A stretch of 64,000 nt of DNA, taken from NCBI GenBank assembly GCA_963725355.1, contig CAVRYE010000007.1, positions 12,779 to 76,778 on the forward strand, written 5' to 3'. Shown in pieces: positions 49,160-57,905 of the stretch; position 1 is the stretch's first letter, and the number at the start of each line of letters is the position of its first letter. The stretch is from an uncultured Acidimicrobiaceae bacterium (GTDB taxonomy: Bacteria; Actinomycetota; Acidimicrobiia; Acidimicrobiales; Bog-793). The position numbers and the translations under genes are program-made. Under the pieces are notes generated by a model. That model did not search any database, was not told where the DNA came from, and saw only the letters and a program-made list of their open reading frames with translations.

Positions 49160-49759
49160 GTGTCTAGATCCGTCCTCTACATGTCGATGTCGCTTGACGG
49201 GTACATCGCTGGCCCCAACGACAAACCGGGCAACCCCGGCGGCGACGACTTCATGCGGCTCCACGAGTGGTATGGGTTTGCTTCGGATGCTGCGCCAACA
49301 GCGGAGACCGTTGATGGGTCGGGAATTGGCAGTCAATTTCTGGATGAAATCAAAAGGACCGGCGCTGTTCTCTCCGGTCGCAACACCGTGGAACAGGTGG
49401 ATCACTGGGGCGGTGACCACCACGACGGCGTCCCAATATTTGTGCCCAGTCACCGGCCGCCGGGACCATCGGTTGCCAAGTATCCATTGGTGACCTATGT
49501 GGCGGATGGGATCGCCAGCGCGATGACACAGGCGAAAGCCGCCGCAGGTGACCGCAACGTCCTGGTCCATGGCGCTTATACGGCACAGGCGGCGCTTGCG
49601 GCAGGTGTCCTCGACGAGTTACAGATTCACCAGGTTCCGGTGCTGTTTGGCGGCGGGCGCCGATTATTTGACGTGTTGCCCGGGAGAGTCGAGTTGGAGA
49701 TCGTTCGAGTGATCGACACCCCGGAGGCCACGCACATCCGATACCGGATTGTCCTCTGA
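49160..49759 (+). CDS. Dihydrofolate reductase-family protein (RibD C-terminal domain type)
   Basis: VLYMSMSLDGYIAGPND...LSGRNT...LVHGAYTAQAALAAGVLDELQIHQVPVLFGGGRRLF. Confidence 0.75.
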   Translation: MSRSVLYMSMSLDGYIAGPNDKPGNPGGDDFMRLHEWYGFASDAAPTAETVDGSGIGSQFLDEIKRTGAVLSGRNTVEQVDHWGGDHHDGVPIFVPSHRPPGPSVAKYPLVTYVADGIASAMTQAKAAAGDRNVLVHGAYTAQAALAAGVLDELQIHQVPVLFGGGRRLFDVLPGRVELEIVRVIDTPEATHIRYRIVL

Positions 49760-50559
49760 CCGTGACTTGTCCACGCGTTCACATGTACTGGGTGAGGTAA
49801 CTGTCGCGAGCAGGGTGGTGTTCAGATAAGACCACCAGACCCCGCTGAAACCCGAAGAGCCATGGTCGCGGTTCAGTTTGACCGTGACTCGCGCCAGTAC
49901 CCATGGCGCTCATTCCGGTGCCCTCAGTCCTTTGTCCTGTAACAACGTGGTCTGAACCTCTCCTCAGGGCTCGTGGCTGAGACAGGCTCGCTACCTCGAT
50001 GGCAGGAAGATTCTTGTCAGCGTGACGAGGAGCAGTCAACGCGGCGTTGGCAGCGCATTGAATCGTGGTCATGGATGCGCTCGAATCTTCGCCCGCCGTC
50101 CGTGGCAGCGGGTGCATCGTCTAGTCGTATCGATTCGCGGCCTCAGTCAAGGAGCGCAGGAGGCCAGTGGTTCTCTCAGGTCCGGCGACAGAGGGCTCCG
50201 GCGCGCCAACGCCTCACGACGCTCGGTCAGAACTCGCCGTTAACGCCCTGTTAGACGCACTGGTGTAAGACCTTCTTCGTGCACTCGATCGGAAGACCAG
50301 AACCCCTCTTGGAGTTGCGCGCAACCTCGGGACTCTGCTCACTCACTTCGGAGGTGAGGGTCCACACCCTCCCGAGCGCGTCAACCAGCGGACAACGACA
50401 CGACTTCGCTGTTCTCAGACCTTCTTGGGGCGAGAAGGTCGCCGCTGATCAAGCTGATCGCCGGCCGTCGGCCGCCCAGGGCAGTCGACATGGTCACGCC
50501 AAAGCCGCGCTCGAGTATCGGCTCGGAACCGCCCGGCGTGTCGATGGGTGGTGCTGACA

Positions 50560-51112
50560 ATGCGGCCGCACCAGGGTGCCTGGATAGGTCTTTTACTGGT
50601 GGCTGTCACCGTGCTGTTCACCGCATGCGGAGGGTCGTCCGGCCCGGGAGTTGCGAGCGATGGCCCATCGACTACGACGGCAACGCATTCTTCGACGTCG
50701 CAGAACGCGCAGTTCGCACGATTCGGCTCCTGTATGCGCTCCAATGGGGAGCCGCACTTTCAAAATCCGGTCGCAAGTGGGAACACGGTCTCGTTCATGG
50801 TGACGCCGAGCCTCGGAATCGGTACCTCGCGATACGCGACGCGCCGCAGCCGTGTGCAGGCGGTACCTCCCTTCTGGCTTTCAGCTCCCGGGGATTATGC
50901 AACAGCTCACCCAAGCCGACGAGGTTGACTATTTGAAGGCTGCAGCGTGCATACGCGTCCACGGCTTTCCGAGCGTGCCCGATCCAACCTTTAGCGGCGG
51001 CAGCGTACACATCAACGTGCCGGGGGGCATCGATAAGAACTCGCCGGGCTTTCTACGTGCGGTCGCAACATGTCGAAGGCTGATTCCTGCCGGATTGCCC
51101 TACAGCAGCTGA
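50560..51112 (+). pseudogene. Secreted lipoprotein with two Cys-containing repeat domains, frame switch near 50848-50852
   Basis: Signal peptide plus lipobox (WIGLLLVAVTVLFTAC). Domain 1: FARFGSCMRSNGEPHFQNP...LGIGTSRYATRRSR. The protein-like sequence continues in another frame (VCRRYLPSG...YLKAAACIRVHGFPSVPDP...GIDKNSPGFLRAVATCRRLIPAG), repeating the same motif pattern. Confidence 0.55.
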
Positions 51113-51751
51113 CAGCGCAGGGGATCGGTCTGCTGAAAGCAGGGGATCGGTCTGGAGTTCGCGCCGTCTAGGTGTCTACGCACAGCTAAAGCGGCACGCA
51201 GCGCTCGTGGAGGTACTACCGTCCTCGACAGGACTCGGCCGACGACGAGATGGCGAATGGAACTCCTATGGGGTTCGCCAAGGCTTGCTCCTATCAAGCA
51301 GATCCGTTCCCGTCCGATTGGAAGTGGTGTTTCTGCCACAGATCACACGTGACGCATGCCTTCCGCGGGCGCGGCTCCCGAGGGGATCGACGTCGGTTAC
51401 CACGAATTCGGCATGATCGGTGCCACGATGAACGTCGACGTTGCCGGCTCTTCTCGCCCAGCTTGAGCAAGAGGAGCGATCTCGTCCGGTGCAATCGATT
51501 CCGGCACGATTCGCTTGACCTCTCCTGCCCTTTCGCTCGAGGCGCAGATGGGCCGACAGCAGAGTTGGCAACCTACACGCCTGCGTAGCCACGCTATGGG
51601 CCGCCAGTTTTCCAATGGGCGATACCTGCTCGAGTCGCCTCATCCTCCTGGCCCTGACTCTCACCGAAGGGCAGGGGGCCGAAGCACCGTGCGAGAATTG
51701 TCAGCCCGGTGTGTGGAGTTGGCCCAAGATGACGTTCTGAACCGAACTCAA

Positions 51752-54277
51752 TCACTCGATGGGCTGATGGGCTATCGCCATAGGCTCACGGCCGGCCAAC
51801 AGCCATGCGACGAGCGCGGCGAACGCTGGCATGGCGAGGAGAATGAAGAGAAGATCCGCGACCGGGACATTTCCTAGTGCGGAGATGCCTCCGTTTAACG
51901 AGTTACCCCGGAGCCAGCCGATGAGCGCGACGTAGCCTCCGACGGTCCCGAGCAGTGCGCCGAGAAAGCCGAGTGTTCCGGCGGTGACCGCTGAGAGAGT
52001 GCGCCTGGTGTAGCTGCTCGCCCCCGTCGCGGCGAGCGTGCGTAGCTCGCTGGCGGTCTCGCTGCGTATAAGCCCGACCGACATGCCTAGAACGCCAAGG
52101 GCGATCACGATCCCGAAGATCGTCGCCCAGCCGATGACGGCAAAGGAAGTGGGCTGGTCGTTCTTCGACTCGACAGAAAGCTGTGTAGTCGAGGCGGCAA
52201 GCTGGGCGCTGCTGATTTGGGAGGCGCTGAAGGTCTGAGTGCCCTGAACGAGCCAGTCGGTCGTGGTCGCCTGGATGTGGAACTCCTTCATCGCGTGCTC
52301 GGTGATCACTGTGTTCGGCGCCGATGTACCGCTCGGCAAGGCACCGACCTCTTGGATCACTGGGTTGGCTAGGCAGTCAGTCGCCCTGTTGCACTCAGAC
52401 GGTGCGGGTGGCGGGTAACCCTTTCCGATACCTGGTGCGTAGCTCAAGGTCATGCCAGAAACGCCGGAGAGACCTGGACGTGAGCTCAAGATGTCGGCAT
52501 TGGGGTTGATCTGTGACGCCTTGATCCCGAACGCGCGCAGCATCTGCGGGGTCGCGACGTAGATCTGTCCGTCCCAATTCCGGCCGCCTTGCGTAGCGTT
52601 GATGCTGGCATCGGGGGTCTCGAGCGCGATGAGCTGCGCGCCGAGCCCATCCGCTATCTGCTTGGCATGCTTTGCGATCTCTAATGGATTCGGGAGCTCG
52701 CCGGGAACGCCACCGGTCCCGGTGACCTGTCTCGGGGTGACGGCGTTCGGGCCCGGTGACACGTTGGCGTGGAGAGCGAGCTCGTTCGAGGCGAGGTTCG
52801 GTCCCGCCCAGTCGAGCACGTTGCCGTAGCGTGCAGACGCCGCAAGCATGACGATGACTGCTGCGAGGACGCCGACACTGATTGCCGCGAGCGCTGAGCC
52901 TGAGCGGGCGCGGTAACGGGCAAGGTCGCGAACTGCCAGTCGGATCGCGATAGGTGCTCGTCTGGCCAACCTCGCGCTTAGTGAGAGGAAGAACGGCGCA
53001 AGGAGGATGAGTCCGGGGATGAGGAGCAGGATCCCGAGCACGAGCTCTGGGGCACCGCCATTTCCGTTTCCACCGCCGGTGCTGCCCGAGTAGGCGAGGA
53101 GGAGGAACGCCCCTACTAGAAAGACGATGCCGGGGATGGCCGAACGGTGGATCTGGCGAGGCGGAGCAGGGCGACCCGATAGCGCGGCGACGATCGGGAC
53201 GCGGATGATCGCCCGCGCGGGCCTAGATGCGGCGAAGAACGTAGCTACGACCGCGAGAACCATCGCCGCGATGACGACCACCCATGGCAAGGAGAAGGCC
53301 CCGATGACGTGGTGGGCACTCTGCTCGAGGCTCGGCCGGTAGGCGAGCCACACGACTAGCCCGAGCACAAAGCCAGCGACAGCACCGACGAGGCCGACAA
53401 CCGTCCCGTTAGCACTTACGACGAGGCGAACGTGCCTGTCCGTGGCCCCTATCGACTCGAGCATGCCAATCGCACGGAGGCGGCGTTGGGCTAGCACCGT
53501 AAAGCCGCCAACCGAGACGAGAGCAATGAGAAGCATGCCGAGCACTAGGGCCGCGAGCGAGATCGTCTCGGGATTGAGCGGGTTCGACTGGGCGACTGAC
53601 GCGGGCGTCTGAATCTGTGACGCCATCGACTTTGGCAACTGACCCGTTGCGTTGAACAGTGCTACTACCTGCGTAGGCGCTCTTACCTGCCCGGGCGTGA
53701 CGAGTGCGAACTCGTCGAGCAGGCTTTGCGGGTTCTCGACGGTGCCGACGACGCGACGCTTGGTGCCGTCGACGGTCCAGCTGGCACCGACAACGAGGTG
53801 GAACGCGGAGGCCACCCCGCTGGTAACGGCGACCTCGTTTTGGCCTACCGGATAGCGACCGGAGACGAGCGCCAGCATTGGCCCACCGAAGGGTCCGCGT
53901 GGATCCTGGGCACGCAGCTGGAAGGTGTTGATCGATCCCGGGATCGAAATGGTCTGGTTCTCTATTAGCTCGACGCGCCCAAAGTCGCGGACGAGGGTAG
54001 CGATTTCGGTTCGGGTGCGCGAGTTCAGGCTCGAGAAAGTTACGGAGTCTCCTGCCGTGCCGAAGCCGAAGTTCTTCGCCGGCGGGGTATTTGTGGCGAC
54101 GGCCGAGCCGACGATCGTCGCCACGACCGCTACGACAATTAGGGCGAGAATGAGGAACTGCTGACGCCACTCCCTGCGAAAGAGCCGCCATGCCCAGCGG
54201 ACAACGGCGCGCCGAGCTGGTGCTCCACCGTCGGGCGGCCTGGCCTCGGCAAAGGGCGCGCGAGGCGCGGTGGTCAT
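51752..54277 (-). CDS. ABC transporter permease with two FtsX domains (MacB/YbbP-like, ~840 aa)
   Basis: Starts MTTAPRAPF... Two TM-ECD-3TM modules carry FtsX signatures (LRAIGMLESIGATDRHV..., LRTLAATGASSYTRR...). It follows the ABC ATPase with a 20-nt gap. Confidence 0.85.
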   Translation of the reverse strand: MTTAPRAPFAEARPPDGGAPARRAVVRWAWRLFRREWRQQFLILALIVVAVVATIVGSAVATNTPPAKNFGFGTAGDSVTFSSLNSRTRTEIATLVRDFGRVELIENQTISIPGSINTFQLRAQDPRGPFGGPMLALVSGRYPVGQNEVAVTSGVASAFHLVVGASWTVDGTKRRVVGTVENPQSLLDEFALVTPGQVRAPTQVVALFNATGQLPKSMASQIQTPASVAQSNPLNPETISLAALVLGMLLIALVSVGGFTVLAQRRLRAIGMLESIGATDRHVRLVVSANGTVVGLVGAVAGFVLGLVVWLAYRPSLEQSAHHVIGAFSLPWVVVIAAMVLAVVATFFAASRPARAIIRVPIVAALSGRPAPPRQIHRSAIPGIVFLVGAFLLLAYSGSTGGGNGNGGAPELVLGILLLIPGLILLAPFFLSLSARLARRAPIAIRLAVRDLARYRARSGSALAAISVGVLAAVIVMLAASARYGNVLDWAGPNLASNELALHANVSPGPNAVTPRQVTGTGGVPGELPNPLEIAKHAKQIADGLGAQLIALETPDASINATQGGRNWDGQIYVATPQMLRAFGIKASQINPNADILSSRPGLSGVSGMTLSYAPGIGKGYPPPAPSECNRATDCLANPVIQEVGALPSGTSAPNTVITEHAMKEFHIQATTTDWLVQGTQTFSASQISSAQLAASTTQLSVESKNDQPTSFAVIGWATIFGIVIALGVLGMSVGLIRSETASELRTLAATGASSYTRRTLSAVTAGTLGFLGALLGTVGGYVALIGWLRGNSLNGGISALGNVPVADLLFILLAMPAFAALVAWLLAGREPMAIAHQPIE

Positions 54278-54297
54278 CGATGCTCCTTTCGGCTCGC

Positions 54298-55017
54298 TCA
54301 CGAGCGTTGCGTCGGCGCGACGAGTAGGGCTGCCGTACCCGGTCCGTCGGGATCGACGAGGTGGCCGTCGTGGAGGTTGATGATCTGATCGGCCCAGGAA
54401 GCGAGGTGGGCGTCGTGGGTGACGACGATCGCGGCGACGCCACGGCTGCACGCGTCGGCAATCAACTGCATTACCGCCTCGCCATTGGTCGAGTCGAGTG
54501 CCCCGGACGGCTCGTCCGCGAGGAGCAGGCGCCGCTCACCGACCACGGCGCGTGCAATGGCGACGCGCTGGCGCTCGCCGCCGGAGAGCTGGTCGGGAAA
54601 GTGGCCTGCTCTATCGGCCAGCCCGAGGCCCTCGAGCGCCGCCATAGAGGCGGCGTGGGCTCGCTTTGTCGACAGGCCATCGAGCTCAAGAGGCAGAGAC
54701 ACGTTCTCGAGCGCCGTCAGCCCCAGGAGAAGGTTGAAGTCTTGGAACACGTAGCCGATCGTGCGCCGGCGAAGCCGCGCCTTATCGTTGCGCGACATCA
54801 CGGACAATCGCGTGCCCTCAATGACGACCTCGCCGCTCGTCGGCTCCTCGAGGCTGCCCGCGATCGTCAGCAACGTGGACTTGCCCGAACCAGACGGACC
54901 CATCACCGCGACCAAGTGGCCCGCGTCGACACACAGGTTTACGTCCTCGAGCGCTAGCACGGCTGTCTCGCCCTCGCCGTAGGACTTCGTCACCTGGCGA
55001 AGCTCAAGCAGGCTCAT
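54298..55017 (-). CDS. ABC transporter ATP-binding protein (MacB/LolD-like)
   Basis: Walker A GPSGSGKSTLL, Q-loop, signature LSGGERQRVAIARA, Walker B LLLADEPSGALD, H-loop VVTHD. Confidence 0.9.
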   Translation of the reverse strand: MSLLELRQVTKSYGEGETAVLALEDVNLCVDAGHLVAVMGPSGSGKSTLLTIAGSLEEPTSGEVVIEGTRLSVMSRNDKARLRRRTIGYVFQDFNLLLGLTALENVSLPLELDGLSTKRAHAASMAALEGLGLADRAGHFPDQLSGGERQRVAIARAVVGERRLLLADEPSGALDSTNGEAVMQLIADACSRGVAAIVVTHDAHLASWADQIINLHDGHLVDPDGPGTAALLVAPTQRS

Positions 55018-55070
55018 TGGGCCACCCGCCTTTGCAGAATCGATACCAAACCCCGAAACCGTCTAGACAT

Positions 55071-55084
55071 CATACTGCGTATAG
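55071..55084. promoter_or_regulatory. Candidate PadR operator upstream of the second ATPase gene
   Basis: CATACTGCGTATAG contains the inverted repeat ATAC-N3-GTAT. It shares the half-sites CATACT...GTAT with the palindrome upstream of padR. It lies 54-67 nt upstream of ATG 55017. Confidence 0.4.
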
Positions 55085-55125
55085 TACTCCTTGCTAACAA
55101 CCTGTCAAGTGTGGGCATGGCCGAG

Positions 55126-55861
55126 TTAGGGGCGTGGGTTCGACGAAGAGGCCTCTTCGAGGAACGATTCTGGACTTGGCGGGGGCATCGTCTGATCAAC
55201 GACGCGTCCGTCTCGGAGGAAAACCACCCTGTCCGCCCATGACGCGAGCTGGGCGTCGTGGGTGACGACCACGGCCGCAACTCCGCGTCTTGCACGCCCC
55301 GAGGATCAGTCGCATCACCGCCTCCCCATTTGTTGAGTCGAGCGCCCCAGACGGCTCGTCGGCCAGGAGAAGGTGTCGTTCCCCGACAACGGCGCGGGCG
55401 ATAGCGACTCGTTGTCGCTCCCCACCAGAGAGCTCGTCAGGGTAGTGAGTCGCTCGATCGGCTAGTCCGAGCTCCTCGAGCGCGGCCATCCCCGTGGAGC
55501 GGGCCTTCTTTGCCGAGAGCCCGTCGAGTTCGAGCGGTAGCGACACGTTCTCGACCGCTGTAAGGCCAGCGAGGAGATTGAACTCCTGGAAGACATAGCC
55601 GATCGTCCGCCGCCGGAGCCGAGCCTTGTCGTTGCGCGACATCGCTTGGAGCGACGCGCCGTCGATGAGTACTTCACCGCGCGTCGGTTCATCGAGGCTC
55701 CCCGCGATGGTGAGCAGGGTTGACTTTCCCGACCCGCTCGGTCCCATCACTGCCACGAGTGACCCGCGTTCGACGGCGAGATCCACGTCCTGTACTGCGT
55801 GGACCTCGGTCGGACCTGCGCCGTAGGACTTCGAAACTTGGCGCAGCTCGAGCAAGCTCAC
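55126..55861 (-). pseudogene. ABC transporter ATP-binding protein, tandem paralog, frame switch near 55285
   Basis: About three quarters identical to the downstream ATPase over the first ~190 aa. After ...GEAVMRLILGACKT the frame gives junk. The neighbouring frame reads GVAAVVVTHDAQLASWADRVVFLRDGRVVDQTMPPPSPESFLEEASSSNPRP and stops at 55126-55128. GTG start overlaps the padR stop (GTGA). Confidence 0.8.
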
Positions 55862-56433
55862 CTACGCACCACCAGCCGGCGGGCGATTCGAGGTCCGGGC
55901 GAGGCCACGGGCGGCTCCATCTCGGCGCGCTTAAGTCTTCCGTCTGCGGTATCGAGCCAGCGCACTACCGAGTCGAGCCGGAAGAGCTCAGCGTCGACGA
56001 CGAGCGCGAAGCTGAGATCAAAATCGGCCTCGTCTTCCTTGAGGCGCGTCCACTGCTGCATCAGTTCGACAAGGTAGCGGCGGTGGATCTGGATGACGTC
56101 GTGAACAGAGACACTGGGAACACGTATCGCCGCGAGGATCTTGATCACGAGCTCATCGCGGGGAGGCGAGGTCATGTCCGGAGGCGTATTGAGCCAGTTC
56201 GAGAGCTCCTCGGAGCCCGCGTCGGTGATGTGAAACCCCTTCTGAGGGCCTTCCTGCTCGGGTTCGTCGGATTCGACCAGCCCATCGCGTTCGAGGCGCT
56301 GCAGTGTGGTGTACACCTGGCCGATATTGAGCGGCCATACTTCGCCGGTACTTGTCTCAAACTCCTTTTGGAGCTGGAGACCGTACTTCGGGCCTTCACT
56401 CAGTAGAGCGAGGATGGCGTGCCTGACGCTCAT
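55858..56433 (-). CDS. PadR-family transcriptional regulator
   Basis: MSVRHAILALLSEGPKYGLQLQKEFE...VYTTLQRLERDGLV winged helix plus a C-terminal helical domain. Confidence 0.85.
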   Translation of the reverse strand: MSVRHAILALLSEGPKYGLQLQKEFETSTGEVWPLNIGQVYTTLQRLERDGLVESDEPEQEGPQKGFHITDAGSEELSNWLNTPPDMTSPPRDELVIKILAAIRVPSVSVHDVIQIHRRYLVELMQQWTRLKEDEADFDLSFALVVDAELFRLDSVVRWLDTADGRLKRAEMEPPVASPGPRIARRLVVRR

Positions 56434-56453
56434 TGTGCTGCCCAATTCCTAAT

Positions 56454-56466
56454 CATACTCAGTATG
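56454..56466. promoter_or_regulatory. Perfect 13-bp palindrome upstream of padR (candidate autoregulatory operator)
   Basis: CATACT-C-AGTATG lies 21 nt upstream of the padR ATG (56433). Confidence 0.45.
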
Positions 56467-56975
56467 GTACAGGATCAGAGCTGAGTTCCAAGCTCGCGCG
56501 GTCCCTGGTCGTCCGGAATCGCGCGAGCGCTGGCTGTCTACTAGTAGAGCAAGTCTCCTCAGCCCGCGGAGGCACGAGCTCTAGTTTGGCGCCGGATCGC
56601 CGCCATGGAGATGCGGCTCGCTGAGCTCGCACATCAACCCGGCACCGGAACGGTCCAACGCGGCGACCAGTAGGCTCCGAAAAGTCTTGGCAAGCGTGTG
56701 TCGGGCGCGTGCCAACGGCACTTTTGTCGCGACAGGAGGAACAAGCGACCGCTGGAGCTATGGGTTCGGGAGCCCGGACACCGTTGGCCTGCGTAGGCCT
56801 GCGCGAGTCGCGCTTTGGCTTTGCGCCGCTTGAAGCATGAACGGTCCAGGAAGGTTGGAGGTCCAGCCTTAGATGCCGGCGTGTCGCCGTCTCGCGGCAA
56901 GCGCAGCGAACGACAATGCCTTGTGGTGACCTCCGCCCCTGCGGCCAGGTCCGCCCTATCTAGAGGAGAACCAGA

Positions 56976-57800
56976 TTGTCCAAAGCGCCCCTGACGTTAA
57001 TGGCGGTTCACGCCCACCCAGACGACGAGGCGTCCTCGACCGGCGGGATTCTCGCCCGTTATTCGGCTGAGGGTGTCCACACGGTGCTGGTGACCTGCAC
57101 CAACGGCGAGCTCGGAGACGGACACGAGGCCACCAAGCCCGGTGAGGATGGTCATGACGAGGAGTGGGTAATCGCCCGACGGCGGCGCGAGCTCGAAGCC
57201 AGCTGCGAGATACTCGGTGTCGGGTCTCTCGAGCTGCTTGGCTACCGGGACTCGGGGATGATGGGCTGGCCTCAGAACAGCGCGCCGGGGTCATTCTGGA
57301 CTACGCCTGTCTCTGAGGCGTCCCAGCGGCTCTCGGGCCTCATCGAGCGCTACCGGCCACAAGTCGTCGTCACTTACGACTCGAACGGCTTTTACGGCCA
57401 TCCGGATCACATTCAGGCACACCGAGTAACGATGGCAGCTCTGCAGGCCACGCCGGTTGCCGACAAGGTCTATTACCCGGCCATCGCCGCGTCCGACATG
57501 GCAAGGTTCCGCGAGGTGCTCACCAGGGGCGGTTTCGACAATCCGGAAGACGAGTCCGAAGAGGACTGGGATCTTTCCGTCGCCGACGAGCTGATCGCAG
57601 CGTCGATCGACTGCAGCCGCTACACAGCCCAGCAGTACGCGGCCCTCGAGGCCCACAACAGCCAAGCTGACAGCATGTTCTTCCTCCGGCTCGGTCTCGA
57701 TGTCTTCTCCGACCTCATGAGCCGAGAGACCTTCATCCGTGCTTACGACCGAACGGGGGCTCTCACGCCCGAGGACGACCTCTTCGCCGGTATCCGCTGA
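56976..57800 (+). CDS. PIG-L family deacetylase, Mca (mycothiol S-conjugate amidase)/MshB-like
   Basis: LMAVHAHPDDEAS, VVTYDSNGFYGHPDHIQAH, C-terminal EDDLFAGI as in Mca. TTG start has a GAGGAG Shine-Dalgarno sequence. Confidence 0.8.
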   Translation: MSKAPLTLMAVHAHPDDEASSTGGILARYSAEGVHTVLVTCTNGELGDGHEATKPGEDGHDEEWVIARRRRELEASCEILGVGSLELLGYRDSGMMGWPQNSAPGSFWTTPVSEASQRLSGLIERYRPQVVVTYDSNGFYGHPDHIQAHRVTMAALQATPVADKVYYPAIAASDMARFREVLTRGGFDNPEDESEEDWDLSVADELIAASIDCSRYTAQQYAALEAHNSQADSMFFLRLGLDVFSDLMSRETFIRAYDRTGALTPEDDLFAGIR

Positions 57801-57905
57801 GCTCGTGTGGCTGTCCCCCCGGCTGCGAAGTAACGCTGTCGTCGATCCTCTGCGCGGGCCTTTAGCCTCTACCCTGTCTAAGTCCACGAATCGCATCATG
57901 AGCAC

